The notes under the pieces were generated by a model. That model searched no databases. It worked only from the letters and a program-made list of their open reading frames with translations, and was not told the origin of the DNA. Of a stretch of DNA of 64,000 nucleotides, positions 25,646-34,972 are shown piece by piece; the stretch's first letter is position 1, and each line of letters starts with the position of its first letter. The position numbers and the translations under genes were made by a program. The DNA is from a phage, in sequence record PZ738962.1; one strand, given 5' to 3'.

Positions 25646-25815
25646 GACACGCGCACATTTTTATCGTAATACCCGCCATTAATCCCGCGCGGGGCAGTCA
25701 ATCCCTGTTTGCATTCTTTACCGCATTCAGGGCATTCTGCCTTTTCACGCTCGGAAATTTTGCGGATTTTCTGAAATTGACCGTGTTCTTCACAAGAATA
25801 ATCGTATAATGGCAT
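25642..25815 (-). CDS. FmdB-family-like zinc-ribbon protein (57 aa from ATG)
   Basis: MPLYDYSCEEHGQF...CPECG matches the MPxYxYxCxxCG...CPxCG zinc-ribbon pattern; ATG at 25815 with AAGGGGAT upstream; track ORF start at 25896 lies inside dexA. Confidence 0.5.
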   Translation of the reverse strand: MPLYDYSCEEHGQFQKIRKISEREKAECPECGKECKQGLTAPRGINGGYYDKNVRVS

Positions 25816-25816
25816 A

Positions 25817-26485
25817 TTATCCCCTTTGTTTCTTAACTGAATTTGGATCTGGATTTTCTGGTAGGTCTTCCAGACCCATAGCATAACGTTGTGCATAGAT
25901 TAGCATAAGAATATCGCGAGCGCAATCATGAATTGCATCATGTGCGATAAAACCATCTAGCGTACCCATTGGTAACGGACACTCACACATCCCGCGATGC
26001 ATCAATGTACGCTCAATGGCGGTGCGAACATCTCGGATGTTCCAGAATCGCACAGGTTCAAGATTGAACGTCTCTCGTGTATTGTGTGCATCGCGGATCA
26101 TATCAACTAGTAACGGAATATCAAACGCATTACCGCGTGACCACATTACGGATTTAACCGGATCTACTCCTACAGATTCACAGAATGCGTTAAAACGCGC
26201 TAAACCTTCTTTAGTTGATACTTCCGTACCATTTGTGATTAATTGCTTTCTCATGCCTTCTGAGGCGGTATTCTTCCACCATTCAACCACACCATGATCA
26301 AAGATCCTTACACCTTTCTGGGAAGGAATATCAAATTTGACCAGAAAGGAATTGTCAACCAGCTCTTTAAATGTAGGTGGATTGTGCGGATCTTCTTTAA
26401 ATCCGATTGCCGCCATATTGATCACCGCCCCATCAGGCGGATAACCTAAACTTTCAAAGTCAATCATTAAATCCATTGGAAGCAT
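25817..26485 (-). CDS. dexA: exonuclease A (3'-5' DnaQ-like exonuclease)
   Basis: 222 aa; strong similarity to T4 DexA as recalled (WWKN, FDIPLLVDMIRD, LEPVRFWNIRDVRT, GTLDGFIAHDAIHDCARDILM, RYAMGLED). Confidence 0.9.
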   Translation of the reverse strand: MLPMDLMIDFESLGYPPDGAVINMAAIGFKEDPHNPPTFKELVDNSFLVKFDIPSQKGVRIFDHGVVEWWKNTASEGMRKQLITNGTEVSTKEGLARFNAFCESVGVDPVKSVMWSRGNAFDIPLLVDMIRDAHNTRETFNLEPVRFWNIRDVRTAIERTLMHRGMCECPLPMGTLDGFIAHDAIHDCARDILMLIYAQRYAMGLEDLPENPDPNSVKKQRG

Positions 26486-26486
26486 T

Positions 26487-26726
26487 TTAAATATCCTCCG
26501 CGATGTGTCGGAACAACTCCAGATCGTTTTTATCTAACACTAGATTGCATTTGGTTGACCGATAATTGCAAACATTAATCAGTAAACTTTCCATCGCCTG
26601 TACCGACTGTACTTTATGTCGAAAAGACATTACATGTTGTGCATAATCAGCGTGAATTTTATCACGATGGAATGTTACGATGGCATCTAAACATAACAGT
26701 TTATCAAGTTCATCAATAATCATCAT
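26487..26726 (-). CDS. hypothetical protein (79 aa)
   Basis: ATG start; position equivalent to T4 dexA-flanking small genes. Confidence 0.5.
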   Translation of the reverse strand: MMIIDELDKLLCLDAIVTFHRDKIHADYAQHVMSFRHKVQSVQAMESLLINVCNYRSTKCNLVLDKNDLELFRHIAEDI

Positions 26727-26727
26727 A

Positions 26728-26895
26728 TCAGTAACCCCGCTTAGTGAAGTGATCTATCATGGAATTAATACAATCGGCCTCGCTGATTCCAGATATACCC
26801 CATCCGTAGTTACCCCACCTGAAATGCATGTATACACATTCGCCATGATACGATACTTTCACTTCGTCAAATTCTGGGATACTTCGCATAATCAT
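26728..26895 (-). CDS. hypothetical small protein (55 aa from ATG)
   Basis: ATG at 26895 preceded by TTGAGGAATATT; track start is TTG. Confidence 0.4.
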   Translation of the reverse strand: MIMRSIPEFDEVKVSYHGECVYMHFRWGNYGWGISGISEADCINSMIDHFTKRGY

Positions 26896-26906
26896 AATAA
26901 TATTCC

Positions 26907-28298
26907 TCAAATATAGTCTACACGATACCGTGCACGGGTAACACCCACATATAATAACTGCATTGCCAATTCAAAGTCAACATTATCTGTACACATGCAA
27001 GGGGTATACAGGAACACACGGTCTACGCTGATTCCTTGTGACTTATGAATAGTGCAAGCTGGTAATGCTTTTACATTCAAGAACATACGCTTCATCGTCC
27101 AGAAAGAATCCCAATCCGGTTTAAAATTCGGATTCTCTTTCTTCATTTCGCGATATTGTCCGGCGACCGTATTCAGATAGATAGAGAAAATGTTCTTCTG
27201 ACGTTGTTCTGTCAGAATGTTGATTTCTACTAAATCTGGTTTATCTGTAGTTATTCCGACTGCATCTAAACCGACTTTCTGATTTAGGATTTCTTTGTCT
27301 TCGTCATCATCGACGCTTTCCACTTTCAGAGTATATCCTAAAACTGGTTGCGGATCTACCCCCGTGCAACGTAATGTAAATTCGCGCGGTATAACCTCTT
27401 TAACTCGGATCATCTCACCATTGTTAAAAATAATATTGGGAATCTTCTTCCCGCGTTCATCTCGCAGATATTCGATCAATGGTTCCTGAGTAACCAGAAT
27501 TTCATCTACAATCACTGGTTCATCGGTGTTATAAACGCGCTTACGCACAATTTCATTGAGTTTTTCGACGCTCTTGTTAGTGTAGGCCAGAATACGGTTT
27601 TCTAGAAGGTCTTCCGGCGTTTTAACGGTTTCGAAATAATGCTTCATAAACTCCGGCAGAGTTGAGCTATGGAATACACCCTCGTTACCGCACTGCTTTT
27701 CGAATACCCATTTACCATTACGGACAGCGGTCGCCACATCAATTATTGGCGCATTAGATCGTTTAATCTCTGTAAGTTCTACATTCTGAAACCTTTCATC
27801 GGTGAAGAAAGGAGAGATCGACGTTGCACCGCTCGGATCAACTGGTCGTAACTGGTACAGATCACCCACGGCAATAATAACAATTCGACCGTTGATACTC
27901 TTCATGAGAATATCAAATAGTTTCTTATCGACCATACTCGCTTCATCAACAATGATGATCTGAACATCATCTAGCTTAGGAGTATCTTTTTGCTCAAATA
28001 CTTGAGTATCTTCATAGTTGGTCGGGTTTAGTCGCAGTAGTGCATGTAAAGTAAATGCTTGACGACCTACCGCTTTACTCAAAACTTTTTTAGCCTGGTG
28101 GGTAGGCGTTGCCAAAACCACACCAGTTACACCACGGCGGACCATTTCCTGAACAATGAATTTCATCATTGCGGTTTTACCAGTACCCGCCGCACCCCGG
28201 ACAGTTGTATGCTTCTTTTGTTCAATGCGTTTCATTAGAACATCAAAAGCATGTTTTTGCCCGTCTGTTAACATATCGAAAGTTAATACTCTGCTCAT
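26907..28298 (-). CDS. dda: Dda DNA helicase (SF1)
   Basis: 463 aa; N-terminus LTDGQKHAFDVLMKRI...GAAGTGKT...ATPTHQAKKVLSK matches T4 Dda as recalled. Confidence 0.9.
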   Translation of the reverse strand: MSRVLTFDMLTDGQKHAFDVLMKRIEQKKHTTVRGAAGTGKTAMMKFIVQEMVRRGVTGVVLATPTHQAKKVLSKAVGRQAFTLHALLRLNPTNYEDTQVFEQKDTPKLDDVQIIIVDEASMVDKKLFDILMKSINGRIVIIAVGDLYQLRPVDPSGATSISPFFTDERFQNVELTEIKRSNAPIIDVATAVRNGKWVFEKQCGNEGVFHSSTLPEFMKHYFETVKTPEDLLENRILAYTNKSVEKLNEIVRKRVYNTDEPVIVDEILVTQEPLIEYLRDERGKKIPNIIFNNGEMIRVKEVIPREFTLRCTGVDPQPVLGYTLKVESVDDDEDKEILNQKVGLDAVGITTDKPDLVEINILTEQRQKNIFSIYLNTVAGQYREMKKENPNFKPDWDSFWTMKRMFLNVKALPACTIHKSQGISVDRVFLYTPCMCTDNVDFELAMQLLYVGVTRARYRVDYI

Positions 28299-28612
28299 TA
28301 TCCTAAAATCCTCACCTTGCGAACACAGATAGTATTGAGTTCTCGCCGTACCCGTTCTTTTTCATATTCAGGAATTTTATATTCGATACCATCCCGAACA
28401 ATTTCAGAAGACCGGATTATGCCAAATTTTCGTTTAGGCACAACCTTGTATTTCGGTTCACCTGCCAATAGACTCTCACAATAATCTATCTGATCACACA
28501 TTGACGCTAACGCAGCATCATGTGTTTCGCAAGTTAGGACGCGACCCTTCGCGTCCACTGAGTATTGAAAGAATCCGTCTTTATCACGATAACATACAGC
28601 AAATACATGCAT
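28298..28612 (-). CDS. hypothetical protein (104 aa), dda.1 position
   Basis: ATG; start and stop overlap neighbours (coupled). Confidence 0.5.
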   Translation of the reverse strand: MHVFAVCYRDKDGFFQYSVDAKGRVLTCETHDAALASMCDQIDYCESLLAGEPKYKVVPKRKFGIIRSSEIVRDGIEYKIPEYEKERVRRELNTICVRKVRILG

Positions 28613-29367
28613 TATAAACCTACCTTCGCTTTCATCAATTCAATCCACGACGCATCAATCGGAAGCCCGTATTTCACGCGTTCTTTTTGTGCTGGCGTTA
28701 AGTTCTCATACTTAGAAAGAGATTCAATCAAAACGCTGGTATATTTTAGCACGATTTCGGTATTGTTTGCAATAGCCTTAAGTTTTTCTTCTTTCTTGTT
28801 GATTTCGCTAAGGGCTTGCTTGAGATCTGCAATTTTCTGATAACGTTCTTCCATACGGAAGAGAGTATTTTTAATCGCTCGCTCGGCTGCCTCTGCTTTC
28901 TCCGGTTCGTTGTGCTTTTTGTGGCGCTCGATTGCTAATTTCTTTTCTTCGATTGCCATTTCCTGATTTTTGATGCGATTCTCGTTAAGTTCGATCCACT
29001 CGATGTACTTCGCACGTAGGGCAATTTCATCATCAGAAAGTTTACCGTTAGTTCCTAGTTCTTGGATCTCTTTAAGAGATTCGATAGTGTGATTGCCACG
29101 GAAAGAATTGTATTTCAGTTTAACCGGAATTACATTGCCATCAACATATCCCAGATTGCAATCAATGCGCTCTAAGGAGAGTCCGTCATCACCTTCACCG
29201 AAAGCCTCACCTGAATAGGCACAATGAGTCTGACGGTAAATGTTACGAACAGTGACTAAGCTCATAGAGAAGTCTTTGTTGCGACGTGAAGCGCCAGCCA
29301 TGATAGAGTTCAGCCGGAAAACAACCAGCGCCAATTCTTCGTTAGATTTAAAAGCAAACAGTTTCAT
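28612..29367 (-). CDS. Srd-like protein (by synteny), HNH-like Cys/His motif plus long coiled coil
   Basis: 251 aa; occupies the dda - srd - mod position of T4; HCAYSGE...ERIDCNLGYVDGNV motif; identity with T4 Srd not verified. Confidence 0.45.
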   Translation of the reverse strand: MKLFAFKSNEELALVVFRLNSIMAGASRRNKDFSMSLVTVRNIYRQTHCAYSGEAFGEGDDGLSLERIDCNLGYVDGNVIPVKLKYNSFRGNHTIESLKEIQELGTNGKLSDDEIALRAKYIEWIELNENRIKNQEMAIEEKKLAIERHKKHNEPEKAEAAERAIKNTLFRMEERYQKIADLKQALSEINKKEEKLKAIANNTEIVLKYTSVLIESLSKYENLTPAQKERVKYGLPIDASWIELMKAKVGL

Positions 29368-29396
29368 AATTGATTCTCCTTAGTTGGTATGTGTGT

Positions 29397-29425
29397 ATTA
29401 TTGTCTATCTGGTTTGTCCTGTCAA
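29397..29425 (-). promoter_or_regulatory. PeSL-type early promoter (TTGACA-N17-AATAAT)
   Basis: conserved leader ACACACATACCAAC...GGAGAATCA; drives 28612..29367. Confidence 0.5.
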
Positions 29426-29428
29426 CAC

Positions 29429-29932
29429 TTAAATTAAAGAAAATTTGTAAATCTCTATCAGATCGCCGTTACACGCGTAAACTTCCTCGATCTCATCAAG
29501 GATCATGGTCGTCCCTGTCTTGTATATGCACTCGCGCTCATCTGCCAACATAGCATACAAAGACAGTCGAGTAGTCGGATTGTCATACTCTTTAGACACC
29601 ACTCGGTCAATAGCATGTTCGTAATAATTCATGCAAGGCTTGGTAGGTTTTATTGCAATAATCTTTCCTGTTGCATAAACATCGGTTGCAAAGTCCTCTG
29701 CTGTTGATTGCAGTGGCGTAAAGCTCATAGGACGCTCTACAACGAAAGAATCGCCTACAATTAAGGTATCCAGCTTACGACCTTCTCTTTTGCTCACACC
29801 GCGATACAAGGCTTCATGATGCACTAACCGCTCAGTCTTTTCGATCAATCCATTAAGGATCGACATATCGATATTTTCTTTAGAGTTCATCACCTCATCA
29901 ATGATGTTAAGTTCTTCTGGTGTAAATTGCAT
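29429..29932 (-). CDS. ADP-ribosyltransferase (ModA/ModB-like)
   Basis: 167 aa; R-S-E triad pattern (YRG ... SFT ... ERE) typical of ADP-ribosyltransferases; position as T4 modA/modB. Confidence 0.65.
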   Translation of the reverse strand: MQFTPEELNIIDEVMNSKENIDMSILNGLIEKTERLVHHEALYRGVSKREGRKLDTLIVGDSFVVERPMSFTPLQSTAEDFATDVYATGKIIAIKPTKPCMNYYEHAIDRVVSKEYDNPTTRLSLYAMLADERECIYKTGTTMILDEIEEVYACNGDLIEIYKFSLI

Positions 29933-29965
29933 AATAAAAAAGCCTCCAATCTTTCGACGGGAGGC

Positions 29966-29994
29966 ATAATAAAACCATTATAGAGTAGTGTCAA
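29966..29994 (-). promoter_or_regulatory. early promoter (TTGACA-N17-TATTAT) with downstream leader hairpin
   Basis: TTGACA, 17 bp, TATTAT; GCCTCC...GGAGGC hairpin in leader; drives the mod gene. Confidence 0.5.
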
Positions 29995-30001
29995 CTAATT
30001 T

Positions 30002-30520
30002 TTAGTAGCCGCGTTCTTGACGGGCGAAGTTTTCAGCATTTTTCAGATAGTACAGCTTGAAGATATCCTTAGCGGTTAAACCTAAGCCCAGCATTTTAAT
30101 CAGCACAAAATGCCAGATATCGATCAATTCCATCACAATTTCGGTTTTATCGTCATCTGACAGATCAGCAAATTTACGCGCTCGTGCTTCGCCGTGGTTC
30201 TTCTTCCACACTTTAGTAATTGCGCTTGCATCTTTGCCATTTGACATGCCACCCAGGGCAACATAAAGTTCTCGTGTCTCGTCGTCGATTGCGTCATCCC
30301 ACAACTTCATCCAGTCAAGGATCTCCCCGCAAGTTTCCAGCTTATCAGGATGCGGCACCCACTCAAATTTATCAGCTAGTGCGACCTGTAAGCCTTTTTG
30401 CATATCTAACATTACTTGCAGCGGATCTTTGCCGCTAGTGATTGCCTCGGAATACGCAATACCAGCTTTAGACATAGTTTCGTCGCTAACCAGACCAGCA
30501 CAAGAATTAAATTCTGACAT
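30002..30520 (-). CDS. 56: dCTP pyrophosphatase (dCTPase/dUTPase) gp56
   Basis: strong similarity to T4 gp56 as recalled (GEDPLxxMLDMQ, LYxALGGMSNG, DIWHFxL, YYLKNxENxxRQ); start at ATG 30520. Confidence 0.9.
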   Translation of the reverse strand: MSEFNSCAGLVSDETMSKAGIAYSEAITSGKDPLQVMLDMQKGLQVALADKFEWVPHPDKLETCGEILDWMKLWDDAIDDETRELYVALGGMSNGKDASAITKVWKKNHGEARARKFADLSDDDKTEIVMELIDIWHFVLIKMLGLGLTAKDIFKLYYLKNAENFARQERGY

Positions 30521-30534
30521 ATTCACCTCATTGA

Positions 30535-31563
30535 TTAAAATTTACAATATTTCATAAACCGCATTTTAGCCATCAGACCTTGTACGGTGTTCTCTTTGAT
30601 ATATTCCATGATCTGGTCGCGTGTAGCGCCCTCGTCCTGAATCATGGCGTTAACGTCTTTAGAATGCCACGGGCAGCGATCCCACAAAACAATCTTTTCC
30701 CCTGCATTGATAAACTTTTCCAGTCGGTGCATTGTATCGGCAGACCGTGGTTCCGCATCAAGTACAAACACTCGCTGGTCTGGGAAAGGGATTTCATCTA
30801 ATCCCAACGTACCGCCAGTAATTGCACACCCGTTATCAATAAACAATGAATCGATCGGACCTTCTAAGAAATACACTGGTTTACTCGGATCGGCGCGTTC
30901 AAGACCATAGACCTTACTCGCTAACTCGTGAGTTTTAATCGTCATATATTTGGTCTTTCCGTAATCCTTTCTCAATGCTCGCCCCTGAACGGATTCTATC
31001 TTGTTCTCGCGGTTAAAGATAGGAATAACTAAACGCGGTTCAGGTTGTGGATTCTTGAAAGTATCAGCCTTAATGTGATTTGCTACCTTTTGCCATTCTC
31101 TCGTGAAATACAGAAGATCCCATTTATCGTGGGGAATGCAACGATCACTGACATACTTTATTATAGGATGATTAGCCGGAAGAGTATCTAATCTCTCGCA
31201 GAAAGGCAATGTTTGCACTTTCTTAATCTCCGGCTTTTCTACCTTTTTCAGTGGCTTGAACGTGGTGTTCTTGTGGTCGCCTTGTTCCTTCCGTCGTTCC
31301 ATAAGCCATTCCCTGAATAAGTCCGGCTTATACTGTTTGAGAAATTCACCTAACGGCTGATTGTAGTTACAGTTGAAACAGCCACAACGCAAACTATCCT
31401 TATAGGTATAGATACGGAATCGCGCTTGAGTATGATTTTTCTTTGAGTCACCGCAGATCGGACAACTACAGACCAGCGTAAATGAGCTAGTATGCAACCG
31501 TTTAAAATTTCGTTCGCCGTATATGGCTTTTTCCGCTATTTCATAATCTGCGTAGTAAATCAT
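30535..31563 (-). CDS. 61: DNA primase gp61
   Basis: 342 aa; N-terminal zinc-binding CxxC...CxxC region and primase core; same length as T4 gp61. Confidence 0.85.
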   Translation of the reverse strand: MIYYADYEIAEKAIYGERNFKRLHTSSFTLVCSCPICGDSKKNHTQARFRIYTYKDSLRCGCFNCNYNQPLGEFLKQYKPDLFREWLMERRKEQGDHKNTTFKPLKKVEKPEIKKVQTLPFCERLDTLPANHPIIKYVSDRCIPHDKWDLLYFTREWQKVANHIKADTFKNPQPEPRLVIPIFNRENKIESVQGRALRKDYGKTKYMTIKTHELASKVYGLERADPSKPVYFLEGPIDSLFIDNGCAITGGTLGLDEIPFPDQRVFVLDAEPRSADTMHRLEKFINAGEKIVLWDRCPWHSKDVNAMIQDEGATRDQIMEYIKENTVQGLMAKMRFMKYCKF

Positions 31564-31572
31564 AATAACCTC

Positions 31573-31776
31573 TTATAGCTCAAATTTCATGAAAGTTCCT
31601 ACACTTTCATTTTCATTCTCTCCGTTCTCATCTAAGCCAAATTTGTAGACACTACCATCTGGAGATGTGTAAGAGAATACACGAAAACGGCCTACCGGGT
31701 CAAGTTCTGTAAATTCATATTCTTTTCCGGCTTCAAAAAGTGCATATGTGCTTTTAAGACATTTCATCGTAATCAT
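31573..31776 (-). CDS. hypothetical small protein (67 aa)
   Basis: ATG overlapping upstream stop (ATGA). Confidence 0.5.
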   Translation of the reverse strand: MITMKCLKSTYALFEAGKEYEFTELDPVGRFRVFSYTSPDGSVYKFGLDENGENENESVGTFMKFEL

Positions 31777-31931
31777 TTAAGCGCCACCGACAACAGAATG
31801 AGAACTACACCAACATACATTGTGACCTCGGATAACTTTTCTGTTTTTGTTTTGTGTCCAGATAATCCGAAAACAACAACACCGATAATAGCGGACAGCA
31901 AGCCAACGATAAACATGATGATACTAAGCAC
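31773..31931 (-). CDS. possible small two-helix membrane protein (52 aa, GTG start)
   Basis: AAGGAG 7 nt upstream of GTG; hydrophobic VLSIIMFIVGLLSAIIGVVVFGL...MYVGVVLILLSVAL; stop overlaps next start (ATGA); below track cutoff. Confidence 0.4.
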   Translation of the reverse strand: MLSIIMFIVGLLSAIIGVVVFGLSGHKTKTEKLSEVTMYVGVVLILLSVALK

Positions 31932-32100
31932 TGTCTTTCTCCTTTTTGCGTTTTTCTTTACCCGCTACACTAGGTCCGCGATTGGTAATAGATCCGCTCG
32001 TTTCACCTGCTGCGATCTTCTCAGGATTGCCGCCAGCATCGCCAGCGGTCATATCTTCTTTGAGTTTATTTTCTTCAACAAACTGTTTAAATCCAATCAT
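31924..32100 (-). CDS. possible small protein (58 aa)
   Basis: ATG overlapping upstream stop (ATGA); hydrophilic, Gly/Lys-rich; below track cutoff; plus-strand track ORF 31798..32154 judged antisense artefact. Confidence 0.35.
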   Translation of the reverse strand: MIGFKQFVEENKLKEDMTAGDAGGNPEKIAAGETSGSITNRGPSVAGKEKRKKEKDSA

Positions 32101-32474
32101 AGAATAATCTCTTTCAGTAAGTCAACAATCTGGTCTTTCGTCAGTTTATCCTGATTCTCGACAATCTTGATAACACAAGCATTAACATCTTTTCGAGTCA
32201 CGCGGGAGATCGTTTTAATACGATGAAACGGTTCGTAGAAATATACTGCTTCATTATAGAGAGCGGATACTTTACGACGCATTTGATCTTTATCTGACAA
32301 GAAAACAAGTGCTGTTTTATGACCTTCTACACCCGCCACGTTATATAGTTCAGCAACACCCCAGCGACCTTCCGGTTCAATCATTCCGGCGTGTTTACCG
32401 TCGATAAAAATAAGAATATCTCCGTTGAATGCGGTTTTGAATGCTACATCTTCCGGCGTAATCATATTTTTCAT
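32097..32474 (-). CDS. hypothetical protein (125 aa)
   Basis: ATG with AAGGAGAC upstream. Confidence 0.55.
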   Translation of the reverse strand: MKNMITPEDVAFKTAFNGDILIFIDGKHAGMIEPEGRWGVAELYNVAGVEGHKTALVFLSDKDQMRRKVSALYNEAVYFYEPFHRIKTISRVTRKDVNACVIKIVENQDKLTKDQIVDLLKEIIL

Positions 32475-32504
32475 AATATAGTCTCCTTAGAGTTTCATTA
32501 TAAA

Positions 32505-33140
32505 TTAATCTAATGTAGAAAGCAAATGTTTTGTTTCTTTCAGTTGTCGTTCAAGATTTTTGCGTTTCTCTTTAAGTTGCATTTTAGCATTATTTCGCTC
32601 TCTTGTAACCTCTTTATCAATGCTCTTATTCCAGTTATCAATATCAGAATAAGTTGGCATACCCAGTTCTAGACCTAATGCGGTTGGATGCAGGGTAACA
32701 GTCCATAAACCGCTAATCTTCTTAAATAGGTCGGGGTGTAGTGTACTATCTACATCTTCCGGTGTCAACTCTTTTTCTTCTTTCAGTGGTGGGATCTCGT
32801 CATATGGTTCCAGTGCATTTACTTTAATATCAGATACCTCATCAAAGAATCCGCGTACATCCGCAGGAAATACACAAGCAATTTCCCAACCGCGATCACG
32901 CAGAGAAGTAATATTTTTCACTCCCCCACCATGTGTGATGATTGAGGTGACATTGCCATCAAGGTCCACCGAATTTACGAGAAATGGCTTATCGTCTGTC
33001 AGATCATTATAAAACTGTGCTTCGGCTGTAGTCATCTCCAGAAACAGATCTCGGATCGGACGACCGTCAGGTGCGTTACCTTCCTTGAGAGTATAAAAGC
33101 GACTTACGATCCATTTTGGCGGTAAAGCATTAGCGATCAT
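32505..33140 (-). CDS. hypothetical protein (211 aa) with HGGG motif
   Basis: ATG with AGGAGATATAAC upstream; ITHGGGVKNI motif; basic coiled-coil C-terminus; no family confidently recognised. Confidence 0.55.
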   Translation of the reverse strand: MIANALPPKWIVSRFYTLKEGNAPDGRPIRDLFLEMTTAEAQFYNDLTDDKPFLVNSVDLDGNVTSIITHGGGVKNITSLRDRGWEIACVFPADVRGFFDEVSDIKVNALEPYDEIPPLKEEKELTPEDVDSTLHPDLFKKISGLWTVTLHPTALGLELGMPTYSDIDNWNKSIDKEVTRERNNAKMQLKEKRKNLERQLKETKHLLSTLD

Positions 33141-33190
33141 GTTATATCTCCTATCAAATCATTCACCAGCGCCCCGCAGGGCGCATTTTA

Positions 33191-34603
33191 TTAGAAAGTC
33201 ATGTTATTTGCTAGCTCGTCGAGTTTTTCTCGTTTCTCGGCTTGTTGTGCGCTTTGTGGTTTAACTTGTGCATTCTCCTGATCTGCGATCTGGTTTGATA
33301 CTTCATACCAACGCTGATTGCCTTTTTTCACACCAACGTTAAACCGTGAATAATAGTTCTTGTCACCGTAACGAGACTTGATCTGCTTCATGAGTTGAAC
33401 GCCCATTTTAGCCAGGTCTTCGGTTTCGATAACACCCAACATAAAATCGGCTGTAGCCGGAAGACCTGCTGATTCAGCGGTATCACTCATGTTAAGGTCT
33501 GACGCATCCCAACCTGCGCGGGTAGTCTGTGCCGCAGTCCAACCAACAACATCCCACTTAACAAAAAATCCTCGCAGTTCTTCCGCAATCGCCTTAACTA
33601 GTGTGTAACTATTTTCAGAGTATACACGCAAGCGAGACGATGCGCAAATCCCCAGATAGTCAACAATCACAACATCAGGTTTAAACTGTTTCTTGAGTCG
33701 CAATTCATTCATTAACGCCTCAAAGTGATTGGAGTTCGCGCCACCAGTCGGATACTGCTTGATCATCAATTTTCCAACCGGACGATCTCCGATCTTCTTA
33801 TTCTTAACACGCTTCATACGTGCGGAATATTCCGCAAAAGAAACATTACCATTATCCAATTCATCTAATGTAATGTCAAGCAAGTTTGCGTCGATACGTT
33901 TGGCTACGACATGCTCTGCCATCTCCATTGAGATATACAATACATCATAACCACATTCCATATAATCCGCAGCAAGAGAACACAATCCAAGCGATTTACC
34001 AACATTTACACCAGCAAGCAACACATTTAGCGTTTTTCTTTCCGCCCCTCCTTTCGTGATTTTATTCAACATCGGCAGCTTAAACGGGATCTTATTCGCT
34101 TTAGTCTGATATAGCAAGAATCGTTTTTCAAAGTCATTAAACCAGTCATGACCTACATCAGAATCAAACGTAATGGATAGTGCTTCCTGCATGATCTCAG
34201 GAATAGCTCCCTCACTCGGCAATTTCTTATTCTGTTTCTCTTTTGGTAGTTGTGCGTTCGCCTGAATCTCTAGCGCCCGTGACATTGCATTATACATGGC
34301 ACGGTCACGAATAAATTTTTCTGTTTCCTTCATTAACCAATCAAGGTCTTCCGGTGTATTCTCCAGCGAATCAAGAAGAGTTTTAGCCCCTTCATATGTT
34401 GTCTGATTGCCTCTCTCCTTGTCCAAAGCAATCTGTAATGCAGTTGGCGTAGGAATATTGGAATATTCGTCTACGTGCTTTTTAATCAGCTTATAAATCA
34501 GTTTTTCTTCGTCTTCGGTGAAGTAGTCCGCTTTAAGGTGAGGCCATACATTCGTAAAGAATGCGCCATTGTAAATCAACTGTGAAAAGATAGTTTTAAT
34601 CAT
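33191..34603 (-). CDS. 41: replicative DNA helicase gp41 (DnaB-like)
   Basis: 470 aa; Walker A GVNVGKS, DnaB-like motifs; collinear with T4 gp41 as recalled. Confidence 0.9.
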   Translation of the reverse strand: MIKTIFSQLIYNGAFFTNVWPHLKADYFTEDEEKLIYKLIKKHVDEYSNIPTPTALQIALDKERGNQTTYEGAKTLLDSLENTPEDLDWLMKETEKFIRDRAMYNAMSRALEIQANAQLPKEKQNKKLPSEGAIPEIMQEALSITFDSDVGHDWFNDFEKRFLLYQTKANKIPFKLPMLNKITKGGAERKTLNVLLAGVNVGKSLGLCSLAADYMECGYDVLYISMEMAEHVVAKRIDANLLDITLDELDNGNVSFAEYSARMKRVKNKKIGDRPVGKLMIKQYPTGGANSNHFEALMNELRLKKQFKPDVVIVDYLGICASSRLRVYSENSYTLVKAIAEELRGFFVKWDVVGWTAAQTTRAGWDASDLNMSDTAESAGLPATADFMLGVIETEDLAKMGVQLMKQIKSRYGDKNYYSRFNVGVKKGNQRWYEVSNQIADQENAQVKPQSAQQAEKREKLDELANNMTF

Positions 34604-34917
34604 ACATAGCCCCCAACTACACGCATAACAAAGGTCTTGAGTTTATACCAGAAAGTTTCTTTTTTCAACTTTTCTTCTGCTTCTTTGATCTGCGCGGTTA
34701 ACGCCTTAATGACGTGTGGATATACCACATCACGATCTGACGGCGTGGAGTAGTCGACCACAATACCTTTAGTGTCTGGATCGTATTCAACATTATGAAT
34801 ATAGACAATATGATGTTCTCCCTCTTCATCAACAATTATCAATTCCTGAATAACTGTCTTCATTGCTTCTTGAATCAAACCGTGTGCTTCTTCTAAACTT
34901 GTTGGCTTCTTATCCAT
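34600..34917 (-). CDS. gp40-like protein (by position between 41 and uvsX)
   Basis: 105 aa; synteny with T4 gene 40; sequence identity not verified. Confidence 0.4.
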   Translation of the reverse strand: MDKKPTSLEEAHGLIQEAMKTVIQELIIVDEEGEHHIVYIHNVEYDPDTKGIVVDYSTPSDRDVVYPHVIKALTAQIKEAEEKLKKETFWYKLKTFVMRVVGGYV

Positions 34918-34972
34918 AATATAATCCTCTCTAGATATGAAAAAGGGGCACGTAGCCCCTTTACTACCATTG

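Noticed and set aside
31798-32154. 118-aa plus-strand track ORF in the 61-41 interval
   Set aside because: It lies antisense to a run of translationally coupled minus-strand ORFs with good ribosome-binding sites, has none itself, and has junk-like composition; treated as a shadow ORF. The same applies to the other plus-strand track ORFs inside minus-strand genes (for example 21109..21660, 37460..37792, 43451..43723).
33169-33184. GC hairpin between gene 41 stop and the next gene, as a terminator
   Set aside because: The U-tract follows it only on the plus strand, where there is no gene; on the transcribed minus strand it lacks a U-tract, so it is at most an RNA structural element and was not annotated.
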